Source: the human T2T-CHM13v2.0 reference genome, Homo sapiens
DNA length: 64,000 bases
Reading direction: 5' to 3' (one strand)
NCBI RefSeq assembly: GCF_009914755.1
Contig: NC_060930.1
Shown: positions 1 to 13,424 of the stretch, piece after piece
Numbering within the stretch: the stretch's first letter is position 1
How the letters are laid out: each line of letters opens with the position of its first letter
Made by a program: the position numbers and the translations under genes
Notes under the pieces: model-generated
Database searches by the model: none
Seen by the model: only the letters and a program-made list of their open reading frames with translations
Told to the model about the DNA's origin: nothing

Positions 1-1194
1 GTTCATTCTGATGGAGAGTGCGTCCAGAAAATATTTGTTTAAGACAGAAATCCAGATTTGTTCAAAACAGCAATATCCTCTTCAGCCAGTTGTTTGCACA
101 GACATCTTTGCTGCCATCCAGGAAAATCTGAGCACATACCTTCCCGGTGCTTCCCTGCCCTGAGCCAATGCTGTCCTTATTTGACAAGGAAGGGCAGGAC
201 AGCCTGTAGCCAAGACTAGGGGACACAACACTGAGTTTCTCTGCTCCCGGGCCCCAGAGAAGTCACTCAACTATAGAGCTGGAGGGACCGCCAGCCTCTG
301 GGAAACGCTGCTCTTTAACCAAACCAGAAAGATCATTGTCTGCCTGTTTTTTGACAGTCAGATAAGAAAACGCCACAGATTCCCTTGAAGAGTCATCCTG
401 GTCAATCAGAAAACTTTTCTCTAAATGGTACGCAGCAAAAACAGAAAGGGTAATTATTAACCTTAACATAGGGATTCCAGATGGCAATCTGTTCTTTCAT
501 CTCAATTAAGGGGAAATGGCAGAGACAAAAGTCAAGATATGAAAAACGGAAGAGGCACTGCCTGTGGGTGCTTCAGCTTAGCATTTCAATGGTTTTAGAG
601 CTGGATCTCTATTAGGCAAAACTGAGGTCTCTTCTCAGAAGGTGGACTATCATTTCACTAACAGGATGTTGAGTATTTCTCTCTGATCCCTTGAGTACAT
701 GTATGGCAAGTACGTCTCATTACACAAGAATAAGACTAATAGAATTGCTTCCAATATTTTTTGGATGGATATGGTGGGAGGCCATTGAGAAACAGAAGCC
801 AGATTTCACACATATTTAATTTTAAAATACTATTTAAATAGTATTAAGCTTTTCCATGCTTCCGTATTGGCTTGAAATTCATAATGTCATGATTCAAAAC
901 ACTTTTTCTCTAACTTAGTGATTCAAAATACGTATTTATTAAAGGAAATGTATTGTGCATTGAACTTTTTAAGTTTTCTTTCTTGGAGCTTAATCACAGA
1001 AAAACAATTAATAAACAGAACCTTTGCCCAGCAGTCAGTTCTTTCACTGTTAGCTGTGGAATCAAACCTGTCTCTGTGTTTCCCTTGACACACCAACACT
1101 AACACCTAACTAGAGCTATACTGACTGCTTGAGGATTCCTGAATATGAATAGTATTTTCTCTACTTTATTATAAATATTTTGAGGTAAATAGCT

Positions 1195-1400
1195 GAGGCT
1201 TTGGAATCAAACAGAGCCAAAGTCAAACTACTAACTCACTATATGTTCTTGGGCAAATTATTTTTCCTCCATGAGCCTCAGTTTTCTCATCTGTTAAATA
1301 GGGATAATAATAAATACTTCATAAGATTGTCATTGAAGAATTCATTAGCTAATACATGTAATGTAGGTGTTCAATGAAAGGTAGCTTGTTTTTATCCCCG
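1195..1400 (+). mobile_element. MIR SINE, degenerate
   Basis: MIR core-like 'ttgggcaaattatttttcctccatgagcctcagttttctcatctgttaaatagggataata'; edges approximate. Confidence 0.75.
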
Positions 1401-1499
1401 TTGTTGTTATTAACTTCCTCTTTGTATTAATTTTTTTCTGACAGAAAATAAGTTCTCATTCTTACTTATATTTTCAACCATTGAAATTCCACCTGTTAT

Positions 1500-1720
1500 C
1501 GAATGTCCTCTCTCAGGAGCTTCCCCAGTCCTCTCTGCTAGAATTGAATTATCCATTATCTCTAATCCTATGCCTTGTGTAGCACTTGCCACTTATTACA
1601 CTGTGCTCTAGTTTCTTTTTGCACAAATCTCATCTTCCTAATTAGAATGAAAGCCTCAGGAGGGCAGGAAGCAAAATGATTTTTCCTGTAAAATACCTTT
1701 TGAATGTCTGTTGAATGAAT
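1500..1720 (+). mobile_element. L2 LINE 3' end fragment
   Basis: 'agaatgaaagcctcaggagggcagga...gtctgttgaatgaat' resembles the L2 3' terminus; edges approximate. Confidence 0.55.
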
Positions 1721-1837
1721 ATTGAAGACTTCCCTATTTCGTTTTGCATTATTTTTTGAATAAAAACAGAAATGATTTTTCATTTTAGTATTTTTTTAAA
1801 TTTTAGAATTTAGATATGTCAATTTAGTAAATGTTTC

Positions 1838-2290
1838 TGTCAGGCCTCTGAGCCCAAGCCAAGCCATTGCATCCCCTGTGACTTGCACGTATACGTCCAG
1901 ATGGCCTGAAGTAACTGAAGAATCACAAAAGAAGTGAATATGCTCTGCCCCATCTTAACTGATGACATTCCACCACAAAAGAAGTGTAAATGGCTGGTCC
2001 TCGCCTTAAGTGATGATATTACCTTGTGAAAGTCCTTTTCCTGGCTCATCCTGGCTCAGAAAGCACCCCCACTGAGCACCTTGCGACCCCCACTCCTGCC
2101 CGCCAGAGAACAACCCCCCTTTGACTATAATTTTCCTTTACCTACCCAAATCCTATAAAACGGCCCCACCCCTATCTCCCTTCGCTGACTCTCTTTTCGG
2201 ACTCAGCCCACCTGCACCCAGGTGAAATAAACAGCCATGTTGCTCACACAAAGCCTATTTGGTGGTCTCTTCACACGGACGCACATGAAA
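1838..2290 (+). mobile_element. Solo LTR7 (HERV-H LTR)
   Basis: Starts TGTCAGGCCTCTGAGCCCAAGC and ends CACACGGACGCACATGAAA as in LTR7; perfect 5-bp TSD GTTTC at 1833-1837 and 2291-2295; TATAAAA at 2154-2160; AATAAA at 2226-2231; no HERV-H internal sequence follows. Confidence 0.96.
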
Positions 2291-2435
2291 GTTTCATCCT
2301 GAAGTTAAGACGTAATAGTTGAAGTCAGGATGAAAACATGTATTGCTGAATGGTCTTATTCTTTTGCTCTGACAGGGCACTGCAGCCATTTGCCTTTGAC
2401 TCCCTGTAAGTAGACACCATTCCTCCCATATCTAG

Positions 2436-2875
<440 letters not shown>

Positions 2876-3536
2876 GAGAGTTTCCTTTTCTTAGAGTTTC
2901 TGGTTTATCATTTTTTAAATGAGAGCATTCTACTTGGTAATTGTGAGGTTTTCTCTTTGTGGAGTGAGTTTTGTTACCTTTTCTTTCCCAGATTACATAC
3001 ATTCCCAATAAGAAAAACAAAAAAAATTAATTTCTTGGGTGTTGCATCCACTATTCAAAAATTTCCCAGCTACTTCTGAACATCCCCCTAGAGTTTCTCA
3101 AATATACTCATAAATAAGTTGCTCTGTACTCCCTAAGGATCCCGTGATTTTTTTTTTTTTTTTTTTATTCCAGACTTGTCTTTAGCTGTTCCTACATCTC
3201 ATAAAGTTGACTATGCTGCTGGGGCCTCACTGTTTTAGGATCAGAGGTTTTGCCTTGGTTTTCTTAGCTTTACAATGAACTACACTCCTACATCTCCTGC
3301 ACTGCTTTTATGCAAAACTGGCAGATGGGGGATTCTGAGTCCTAGGATAAACATATCTTAGACCACAAGAGGGACTCCCATTCTATAATAATACAATAAT
3401 TTAGATATACTGTAAGATGTCTGATGATTAATAATAATGTTAATATAAGAGTCTGTCAAAAGTAATTCTTATTAGGAGTCCCCCAGTACAACAAGGATTT
3501 AAGTAAATTGGCCAGTCACTGTGATTAGAATGATCT

Positions 3537-3848
3537 AACAGGTGCGGTGGCTCACGCCTGTAATCCCAACACTTTGGTAGGCCAAGGTGGGCAGATCACC
3601 TGATGTCAGGAGTTCAAGACCAGCCTGGCCAACATGGCAAAACTCCATCTCTACTAAAAAAATACAAAAAAATTAGCCGGGCTTGGTAGCAGGTGCCTGC
3701 AATCCCAGCTACTCAGGAGGCTGAGGCCGGGAGACTTGCTTGAATCTGGGAGGTGGAGGTTGCAGTGAGCGGAGATTGCACCACTGCACTCCTGCCTGGG
3801 CGACAGAGAGAGAGGCTGTCTCAAACAAACAAACAAACAAAAAAAAAA
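3537..3848 (+). mobile_element. Alu (AluS-like), full length
   Basis: 'ggtgcggtggctcacgcctgtaatccca...', central A-rich linker, (CAAA)n/A tail. Confidence 0.95.
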
Positions 3849-4212
3849 GATGTAAATCATTCCAAGAAGGAGCTAACACTGACTGTGATCATTGGAAGGA
3901 TGACCTCAGCTTGGCTAGGCCACCTCAGACACTGTACATGGAAAGGATTTATTAGTACTGATAGGAACTTGAGATACAGGGAGGAGGTGCAGAGACACAG
4001 ATTCTGCTTTTTCTCATGGATTTATGCAAATCATGTGTGAGATGCATATTCTAATCTTTGCAAATGAAGAACTTGACATGCCCAAACTCTTTGCCCAACT
4101 ACCTACTCCACATTGACAAGAGTTCAGGTGGAAGTCAAAGATTTTAAAATTGAGCCAGGTGAGTGAAGATTGGAGCATTCACAGAAAAGAGCAAAAAAAT
4201 CACTAAAAAAAA

Positions 4213-4500
4213 TTTTTTTTGTAGCAGTCTCACTCTCTTGCCCAGGCTGGAGTGCAGTGGCCAGATCTCGGCTCACTGCAAATTCCACCCCCCAGGGTTC
4301 AAGTGATTCTCACGCCTCAGCCTCCTGAGTAGCTGGGACTACAGGCGTGCACACGATGCCCAGCTAATTTTTTGTAATTTTAATAGAGATGAGGTTTTGT
4401 TACGTCGGCCAGCCTGGTCTCAAACTCCTGGTCTCAATTGATCTCCCTGCCTTGGCCTCCAAAGTGCTGGGATCACAGGCATGAGCCACAGAGCCCAGAC
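4213..4500 (-). mobile_element. Alu (AluS-like), full length
   Basis: Reverse-complement Alu from T-tail 'ttttgtagcagtctcactc' to 'gagccacagagcccagac'. Confidence 0.93.
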
Positions 4501-5157
4501 TAAAAATGCTTTTGCTTTTGTGTGGAATCTCACTTTGAGAAATTCTCCTTTGGATTTTCTCTTTTTTTTTTTTGTAATAGGAAGATGGTGTTGTCAGCCA
4601 CTTGGGGAATGGTACCTTTTCAGCTGCTGAGTGATGAGACCCGTTGAGTGAAATGTCAAGAAGTTGAAAGTGAATGAACTGTCAGCTGTCCCTCTCCCCA
4701 GCTTCTAGTTTGGGTAACAGGGTCCTCAGAGACAATGTACAGGGCAACTCATTTCCTCCATAGGAAGCTACATAAAAGTTTAGGCCAAAACCCCTGTTAG
4801 TAATAGAGTGTTAATTATCCTTGTCGGTCCCATCTGCTTGCCTCCTGGAAGACCTGCAAAGATGGAAGGCAGACGGTGGAGGACTCAGAGTTTTAGGATC
4901 CCAGCCGTCTATTTCTCTTTCATTAGAAAACCTACTAACACCTACTATGGGCCTGGCTCTGGACTCAGCACTAGAAAGTTGGGGAAATATCAAGGCAAAA
5001 ATATTTCTGGGACTTATCACTTGGTTACAATTCCCAAAAGGCTGGACTCCATTCAGGATCCCAGATCCAAGCCATTCAGGGGACTCTCTGCTGCAGCAAA
5101 GGTTGGGTGCTCACCACCTTCTAGAATGTGACTCTTGCCCTATGAACAGCAGCAAGA

Positions 5158-5800
5158 TGAAGAGATATCTGCACGCCCTTGTGTATTGCAGCAATATTCA
5201 TAGTAGTCAAGAGATGGAAGCAACCCAAGTGTCCATCAGCAGATGAATGGCTGAAGAAAATGTGGTATGTATACCTATATTCTGCAATGGAATACTATTC
5301 AGCCATAAAAAGAATTGAATCCTGTGATTTGCAGTAACATGGATGAACATTATGTTAAGTGAAATGAGCCAGAAACAGAAAGACATGATATCACTCATAT
5401 GCAGAAACTAACAAAGCTAATCTTGTAGGAGAGTGGTTACCATTGTGCTCCAAGCAAATACACCACTGGGTAAGAGAGGAGGTCATGGGTTCATGGGTAC
5501 AGGGTCACAGTTGGGAGGAATCTCCTACGAGACAGGAGGAATAAGTTCTGGAATACTGTTGCACAGAAGGGTGATTATAGTTAACAAACTCTTGGTGTAC
5601 TTCAAAATATTTAGAAGAGAGGATTTTGAATGTTCGTTCTCACAACAAAAAAGATATATATTTGAGATAATGAAAATAACTATCCTGATTTGATCACTAC
5701 ACAATAAATACATGTATTGAAACATCTCACTGTACCCTACAAATATGTACAATAATTATGTGTCAATTAAAGGTTATGATTACATAAATTAAAAACAAAT
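5158..5800 (+). mobile_element. L1MA-type LINE-1 3' end, 5'-truncated
   Basis: ORF2 C-terminal/3'UTR motifs 'gcaacccaagtgtccatcagcagatgaatgg', 'ggaataagttctggaatactgttgcacag', ends 'tgtcaattaaa'. Confidence 0.9.
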
Positions 5801-8800
5801 AAAGCCACGGCAACTTACTCTCTGTTTGATGTGCTTCCTTCTTTTCCAAGAGAGAAAGAAGAGATTTAAGTCAACAAAAGAACATTCCCAGGTTGCAAAA
5901 GAGGGTCATTTTTTAAAAGAAACTGTTCTACTAGGAAATTGGATTTTTTTTTTCTGTTCACCCACTATTTTTCCATGAATTTATAATATTCTTTTGGGGG
6001 GAGATTCGTGGTATGTGGTATTCTGTCTATCAGAGCACTGTGTATTTACATTCTTGCATCAAGACAGCCTGTCCAGCTAGCAAGGCAGGTTGTTAAACTG
6101 TAAGAGAGACTTAAAATAACAGAGAGAGCTTATTACAAGCAAGATGAAGCATTGACTGATAGTAAGCATTTCTGAGAAATTCCAGGGAGAAAAACATTTG
6201 GCAGTGAGTTGGAAAAATAACCCGGTGGTAAAGAGCATTTCTATCCCTCACCTAACCCATTACCCCAGCCCTCTTGCTATGAGCAATTCTTGCTGTGCCT
6301 ATCTTCCCCCTTGAGGAGGAAAGACTGAATTAAGTAAAACTGCCATTCTTCCAGGCTCCAAGGTTGTAGAAGTGCTAATAAATGCTGTCCTTGTTACTTT
6401 GAATCATTTCCCCAGGGCATTTGTCATTTGTGCACTGAAACATTCTGACAGCCACTTGGCACTTGCATTTTGTCATGTTGTAATGGAGTATATTGCTATT
6501 GCATTCAATATATTCAATATTTTTTTCATTCCAATTACATGCAGTGAATCAAACCCTTGCTACAGTGAAATTGGTTTGAAGCCCTCCCCAGAGCCAAGAT
6601 CCACCAGAGAACCCCGATCTGATGACTGCCGGCGGGTCTGTGCAGTGCCTTCCTCTCGATTTGAAGAGCAGCTAATTTAATTTGTTCTCTTATTTGAGAG
6701 TGAACCAGATCATTTGCATTGTAAATAAAACCATTTCTTGTCTTTATTTCCATCATTTTTGGTTGCTTTTGGCGGCTTAACTTGGATAACTTAATCACGG
6801 GCCATATGAAAGAAAGCAGAAAAAGATTTTAAATAAGTTTAGGAGTGAGTGCAAAGCAAATCCGTGGCAGTAACAGGTGACTAAAGCATCTCTGCTATCA
6901 GACTTTGTAAGCATCATATGGCACTTGAGTTATCATCTCTGCTGCTAGAGGTCAGAGGAAAATTGGAATAGTGGCCTCTCGAAGTAGGTCCTCTATGCTA
7001 AATTCAGGCTTGGAACTACATGAAGTGCAGCATTTCAGGGAGACCCTGGTGTTCTACCTGTGGTGGAAGAGCACGACCTCTGCAGCCAGGCCCTGCAGCC
7101 AGTGCTGCCTCTGCTCCCCTCAGCCCAGAACCCAAGTGAAGGCAGAGCAGCGCTGTGTAGGATTGCTTCTCTGCAATGGCCATTATGGGATGGAGAATGA
7201 AAGGAACAGTTTTAATAAGTATTTTCCTTTTCGCTGTAATTTCACAATTTTGCGATGGCATCCATTCCCCAGAATAGTGAAAAGAGCATGAACTTAAAAT
7301 AGCAACAAAGATCATTTTTTAAGTCTAAATTACCTGTGTTGTACTTAATCATTATTGATGTGATATTCTCAAGAATTACAATTCTTTCTAAAGATGATGG
7401 TATTTTAAGATGGGCTTTCCCCACACACAGGAAGATCTCTGAGGTACCAAGAAGTTTTTTGTGAAGTTGTTCATTCCTTACTTGCTTCATGTACAGTCTT
7501 GGTAATAGCCTTGAGCAGCAGGTGGTGGATTGCACGTCCTATTCAGAGCAGTGTGTAGTTTCCTATTCTGCTTATGGACAACATGAAAAACCTCAAGGAA
7601 GTTGTGCTTGGGATATGCACTGTCCATCCCAGCCTCAGCTGACTCATTGAAAAGAGGCTGATGGCAATCTCCCTAGAGACTCTCTTTCCTGGGAAGGACA
7701 GGGAACTCCAGCACAGCTAGCTCTTGATGGGCCTCGGGGCCATGCCTTCTGAGGCTACCAGGGGACTATTGGGCCTAAGTTGGCATCTACTGCCAAACTA
7801 AATCCCCCATGCCTCACCTACTTTGCCCCTTTTGTTCTGATCCTCTCTCCTGTTTCAACGTTTTATCCTCATATTGCTCTATGTTGCCTCTTTCCTCTGC
7901 CAAGCCCGCAACAAGTTTCTTCTCCTCTTAACCTTTCCTCAGTGCTCTCTGGAACTCCCTATCCATGGTTAGCCAATTCTACTTCCATGATTATTCCTTT
8001 CACCTCCTAACCTTGACCAAACATTGTCACTTCCCTGGGGATTTCACAGCCCCAGAAAGCTTCTCCAGGTGAGAGGCTGCATAGTCCTATGCCCCCTGAG
8101 TCAGGTGTTTGGGAAGCTGGATCAGGGAGCTCCTCATTTCCAGCTGCTTCTTCCAGACTCATGTGAATTCCCTCGTGCACAGTTTGAGTGAGCTCATTTG
8201 CGGCTCACACAAAGCATTCATATACCACTGATCACCCCTGCTACTCAACGCCTAAGACTTCAGGCCTGCTGGGATCACGTGGCATGCTGATGCCTTTGTA
8301 AATCTGATGAATATTGCATAGATTTGGTGTTCTTTTCTTTAGAAATTAAATGTTTAATGCTTATCTATGGCCACCTTATTTTTCCGATCCCTTCACACAC
8401 ATTCTGCTCCCTGACTACACCTCATTTTTGCCCTCTCTATGTGTTGACCCATTACTTTGCTCCAACCTCTGCTTCCCACAAGCCATCTAGTCTATTTCAT
8501 TCCAAGTTGTTGAGTCTCTGTTCAAGTTCAGTCTTTTTCATGAAATTTCTTCAGGTGTACCACCCCAAGGTGGTTTCTCATCACGTGTATTCGCATTTAT
8601 TATCTCTGCCTAGTGTTCAAAAATAAAGCGTATACTAGTTGTGATAGCCTCTGAGTCTGTGAAACTTTTGATTCATTTCCCTACCTTTTCAAATCTCCTG
8701 TCACTACTGTTTGGTGCCACACAAAAGCCCCTTCTTGTGTAAGCCTGTCCTCCTCCTCATCATCATGGGGTGCAAGAAGAGTGAGACCTGCGTGGGGCAG

Positions 8801-9064
8801 GCAGACACCTTGCACCATTAAAGGGCAGATTTATCATCACTGTCACATATACGATGATTGAACACAAAAAACTGACATTAGAACTCATTATAAATAGTAA
8901 TTTAATCACTTCCTTTACATACCTACAAATGTTTTTCATACTTGCAGAATGCAATGCTCTTATAGTGACAAACCCTGCCTAAATCATAGAATTTTAGAGA
9001 TGAAGGGACATTCAGTTCCTACACTACTTATTTTACCAAAAAAAAATTTTAAATGTATGTTACT

Positions 9065-9425
9065 TTATCAGTCAGAATAACTTTAAACCAGCCAAAGCTT
9101 GCTTTTCACTAATGGTATATATCGAGTATAGGTCAGTGGGAGGATATTAGTTCATCACAGTCTCTCAGGAACACAGGTAGATAGAGTCTATATCATAACA
9201 CACGCTTCTACTATTGCTGAGGCAGAGAAATCAGAGCTCTGGAAGATCTTTCCCTAGTGACAAAGTTCTGGCCCACGAATGACATCTTTTCACAAAAGCC
9301 GGAACCATTGTTCAGGAACAATCCATGACCCACCCAACCACAAAGGAGCCAGGAAGCTCAGTCATCCATGTACGCTGTACTGAAGTTGATGGGCAGCTCT
9401 AGTAAACAGCATAACTATAACTACT
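9065..9425 (-). mobile_element. Old MaLR LTR (MLT1K/L-like), degenerate
   Basis: 'atgacccacccaaccacaaaggagccaggaag' resembles reverse MLT1K/L; edges approximate. Confidence 0.5.
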
Positions 9426-9472
9426 CTTCAGCTACTTGTGTTATATTTATGCCATTTCATTATAATATGATA

Positions 9473-9720
9473 GAAGGTAGTAAAATGAGTATGCATTTTG
9501 GAGCCAGATAGCCTAGGTTCAGAACCCTGTTCTGCCACTTGTTAGCTGAGCCTGTGTGGCCTTGGGCAACATACTTAATCCCTCTGAGCCTCAATTTTAT
9601 TAACTTCTAAATGGGTATTTAACAAGGTTACTGGGAGGATTCAATGAGATGGAATGTATAAAAAGAAAAAAACCTAAAAAAAAGTCTAGCAAGTAATACA
9701 TACTCGATACACATTAGTTT
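9473..9720 (+). mobile_element. MIR SINE
   Basis: 'tggagccagatagcctaggttcagaaccctgttctgccacttgttagctg...ccttgggcaacatacttaatccctctgagcctca'. Confidence 0.85.
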
Positions 9721-10164
9721 TTGTTTTCCCTCCATCTCCCCACCCACATTAATGTTTTGTTCACCTTCATTTTGTCCTTCCTTACTTCCCTTGTGAGTAT
9801 GAATTTGTTCTTGCCTTGGGTTTGAAAGATTGAATCCCATTTCCCTCACCAACAGATAAGCACATTCACTTCAATGCTATAACAATACTGTGCTTTCATT
9901 AATATCTCCACCATATTTTCTATCTCCAGGGCTGTATTGTTAGAGAGTTTTCTCTATTTGATTTGGTCCAGCTATTAGATCAATTCCTTTCAAAAATTTG
10001 TGAATCACTCCTCGCCCTAGCCTCACTTGAATTCTGTTAACATATCTCACCATGAAGATCATAAGCCTTTCAGGGATAAGGACCATATTTCAAACCTTTG
10101 TGTCACTCACATAGTCAAGTATTTTGTTACTCACACAATCTCAGGTGTAAAGCAGTTAATTGGG

Positions 10165-11082
10165 TATATTAGTTTCCTAGGGCTGGCCATAACAATACAC
10201 AATCTTCTGGGTGGCTTAAACAACCAAAATTTATCATCTCTCTAGAAGCTAGAAATCCAAGATTGAAGTGTCAGTAGGGTTGGTTGCTTCTAAGAGCTGT
10301 GTGGGAGAATCTGTTCCTTGCCTCTCCCCTGGTTTCTGGTGGTTTGCTGGCATTCTGTGGCTTATAGAAGCAACACCCTAGTATCTGCCTTCATCTTCAC
10401 ATGGTGTTCTTGTGTGTGTGCATCTGTGTCCAAATTTCCCCTGTTTATAAGGGCATCCATCACTCATACTAGATTAGGGCTCATCACCCCAGTGACCTCA
10501 TCTCAACTAATTACATCTGCAGCAATGCTATCTCCAAGTGGTCACATCCTGAGGTACTTAAAAAAAAAAAAAGCCTTTTATTTCAGGTTCATGGGGTACA
10601 TGTGCTGGTTTGTTGCATGGGTAAATTGCATATCACTGAGGTTTGGAGTACAAATGATATTGTCACCCCGATAGTGAGCACAGTACCCAATAGGTAGTTT
10701 TTCAATCCTTGTCCCCTCCATCCCTCCCCCATCTAGTAGTTCCCAGTGTCTGCTGTTCCCATTTTTATGTCCATGTGTACTCAATATTTAGCTCCCACTT
10801 ATAAGTGAGAACATGTGCTCTTTGGTTTTCTGTTTCTGGGTTAATTTGCTTACAATAATGGCCCCTAGTTGCATTCATGTTGCTGCAAACAACATAATCT
10901 TGTTCATTTTTTATGGCTATGTAGTGTCCTGTGGTGTATATATATTACATTTTCTTTATCCAGTACACTGTTGATGGGCATCTAAGTTGATTCCATGTCT
11001 TTGCTATTGTGACATTCTGAGGTACTGGGGGTTAGGACTCCAACACATGAATTTAGTAAGCCCCAAAATTCAACCCATAACA
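10165..11082 (-). mobile_element. MLT1C-like MaLR LTR interrupted by an L1
   Basis: Begins 'tatattagtttcctagggctggccataaca', resumes after the L1 and ends 'aattcaacccataaca'. Confidence 0.88.
10559..11011 (-). mobile_element. L1PA15/16-like 3' end inserted in MLT1C
   Basis: Reverse L1PA 3'UTR 'ggggtacatgtgctggtttgttgcatgggtaaattgc...ctcccacttataagtgagaacatg'; 15-bp TSD ACAT(C/T)CTGAGGTACT at 10544-10558 and 11012-11026. Confidence 0.9.
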
Positions 11083-12701
11083 CATGAGTAACTGTAATCG
11101 GGATGAATATTTAATTATCTTGCAGAGAAAATAGTATGACCTCAATGTCTTTGCCACATCAAATATGATTTTCAAAGTGTCGAGAACTTGATACTGCAAT
11201 AAATGTAAAGTGAACAGGTATCCAAAAATAGTTTTACCTAATTCACCAGAGAACTAGCAGGATGATAAAACTAATTTCAAGAATATTTGAGGAACAGAGG
11301 TTTACATATTCCTCAGAAAAGATATGGTGAAATAAGTTTACAGAGTTAGAAGTTAAAGTGACAAATGGCCTACAAACTATAAACCCACAACCTTTGGGGT
11401 CACCTTTTCTGTGATCATAAATTATATACACCTCTATTGAATACGAGTCAGCAAATTAATATGTAACATCCCAGAGTCTTGGCTCCAATCAGTAGTATAC
11501 AGCAGGTCAAACAAAGACACATATCCCAGTATAATTGACTGTCTCTTGGGTAGCATGGTAGGATATTGAAAGGACTTGGAGCCATTCTTTTCCCTTATTT
11601 TCATGCTTTAGATATGTTTTTTTAGAACCTTCCAGCCAAAATCATCTCAAAGGATTATCACTAATTACAAAAGGGCTGGTTTCATAATGATTCCACCTGA
11701 TTAATTTATATAAGTTAAGCAAGAAGTGTTATTAAACCATATAACCTTCTTTATAATCACCCGATCTTTATGATTATTAAGCACAGTTACTAAAATCAAA
11801 GAATTAACTTTTGTCTGGAAATTTTATAAAGAATCTTGGACTCTGAATAAACTTTTAAAAGCCTCTATTATTTGTTCTTCAATCTGGAAGCTAGGAAGCC
11901 AAGCCCAAGAAATTCTCTCACCTAGGTTTCACTTGCAATATCTATAAATGTGGGTGAACTCTTCTCTCCTGGAGTTTATCAATATCTGCTAACATACTTG
12001 ACCTTCAAAGAAATGACCTTCCTTACTCCCTGTAATGCTAGGACTCTGTAAATACAAAACAGGTATCAGACTAGTTTCCTGGGAGGGCTTTATAGGTATT
12101 GATTCCACTTGTGAATGAGCTACCTTTGTTCCTGAATTGTGATCTTATCACAAAAGTGTTAAATGAGTTATCAAACATGACACTCCAAATAAGTATTTGG
12201 TTACACGATAAATTTCTTCAATTATATCCTGGTAGAAAGGAGATCAGGTACATATTGAACCTATGCAAATAACCACATTGCCGTGAAAAGTAAACATAGT
12301 AAAATGCTTGTTTCTATATTTTGAGAGATCAAGAAGGGAAAGATAACATTTAAAGAATGTTTCTTTTCAAGCTGCAGAATTATTTTGTGCTAAGTTGAGG
12401 GATAGAGACAGATGAAGAGAAAGGGAAAAGGGTTTTCTGGAATAACAGTAAAATACAGAATATTAAAAACAGTATCAATAATATTTCAAAGCAAATAACC
12501 ATAATTCTATTTTCCTCCTTATCGATCCTAGTTAATCTTTTTTTTTTTTTCTGCTGGATCTTGGGACAGCAGTTGCTTTCATAAAATCATCTCATTCTGG
12601 ATTGACAAAAGCTCTGGAAATCCTCACTTAATCCAAATACAGTCAGAGTTGCCTAAGTCACGTCAGTTTGAAAGCCCACACTGTAAAATATCAGTGTTAA
12701 G

Positions 12702-13081
12702 TGCATTAGTCTGCAAAGACTTCCATAACAAAAGTACTACAGACTGGGTGGCTTAAATTATATACATTTATTTGCTCACAGTTCTGGTGGCTGGAAGTTC
12801 AACATCAACATGTCAGCAGGACTGGTTTCATTCTGAGGCCTCTCTCCTTGGCTTATAGATAGCTATCTTCTCCCTTTATCTTCACATTTTTCTCTGTGTC
12901 TGTGTCCTAATCTCTTCTTTATAAGAACAATAGTAATATTGGCTTAGGGCCCATAATGTGCCCTTATTTTACCTTAATTATCTCTTTAAAGACCATATCT
13001 CCAAGTACAGACACATTCTGAAGCACTGGGGGTTAGGACTTCAACATATGAATTCTGTAGGACATAATTCAGCTTATAACA
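12702..13081 (-). mobile_element. MLT1B-like solo MaLR LTR
   Basis: 'tgcattagtctgc...cagcttataaca'; perfect 5-bp TSD TTAAG at 12697-12701 and 13082-13086. Confidence 0.9.
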
Positions 13082-13102
13082 TTAAGTATATCCAGTTTAG
13101 TC

Positions 13103-13424
13103 CTTTTAAAAATATATTTTCATGGGTACATAGTGGGTATATATATTTATGGGGTACATAAAAGATTTTGATACAGTCACACAATGCTCAATAATCACAT
13201 CAGGGTAAATGGGGTATCCATTGCCTCAAGCACTTACCATTTCTTTGTGTTACAAAAATTCCAATTATACTCTTAGTCATTTTTAAATGTACGATAAATT
13301 ATTGTTGACTGTAGTTACCTTATTGTGCTATCAAATACTAGATCTTATTCATTCTATCTAACTATATGTGTATATATATGTATACATATAGGACCCATTA
13401 ACCATCCCCGCCCTTCCCGCCCCC
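13103..13424 (-). mobile_element. L1MA (L1MA1-3-like) 3' end fragment
   Basis: 'gggtacatagtgggtatatatatttatggggtacat...aataatcacatcagggtaaatggggtatcc'. Confidence 0.85.

Noticed and set aside
1840-2049. 69-aa minus-strand ORF
   Set aside because: Lies wholly within LTR7 U3; not a gene
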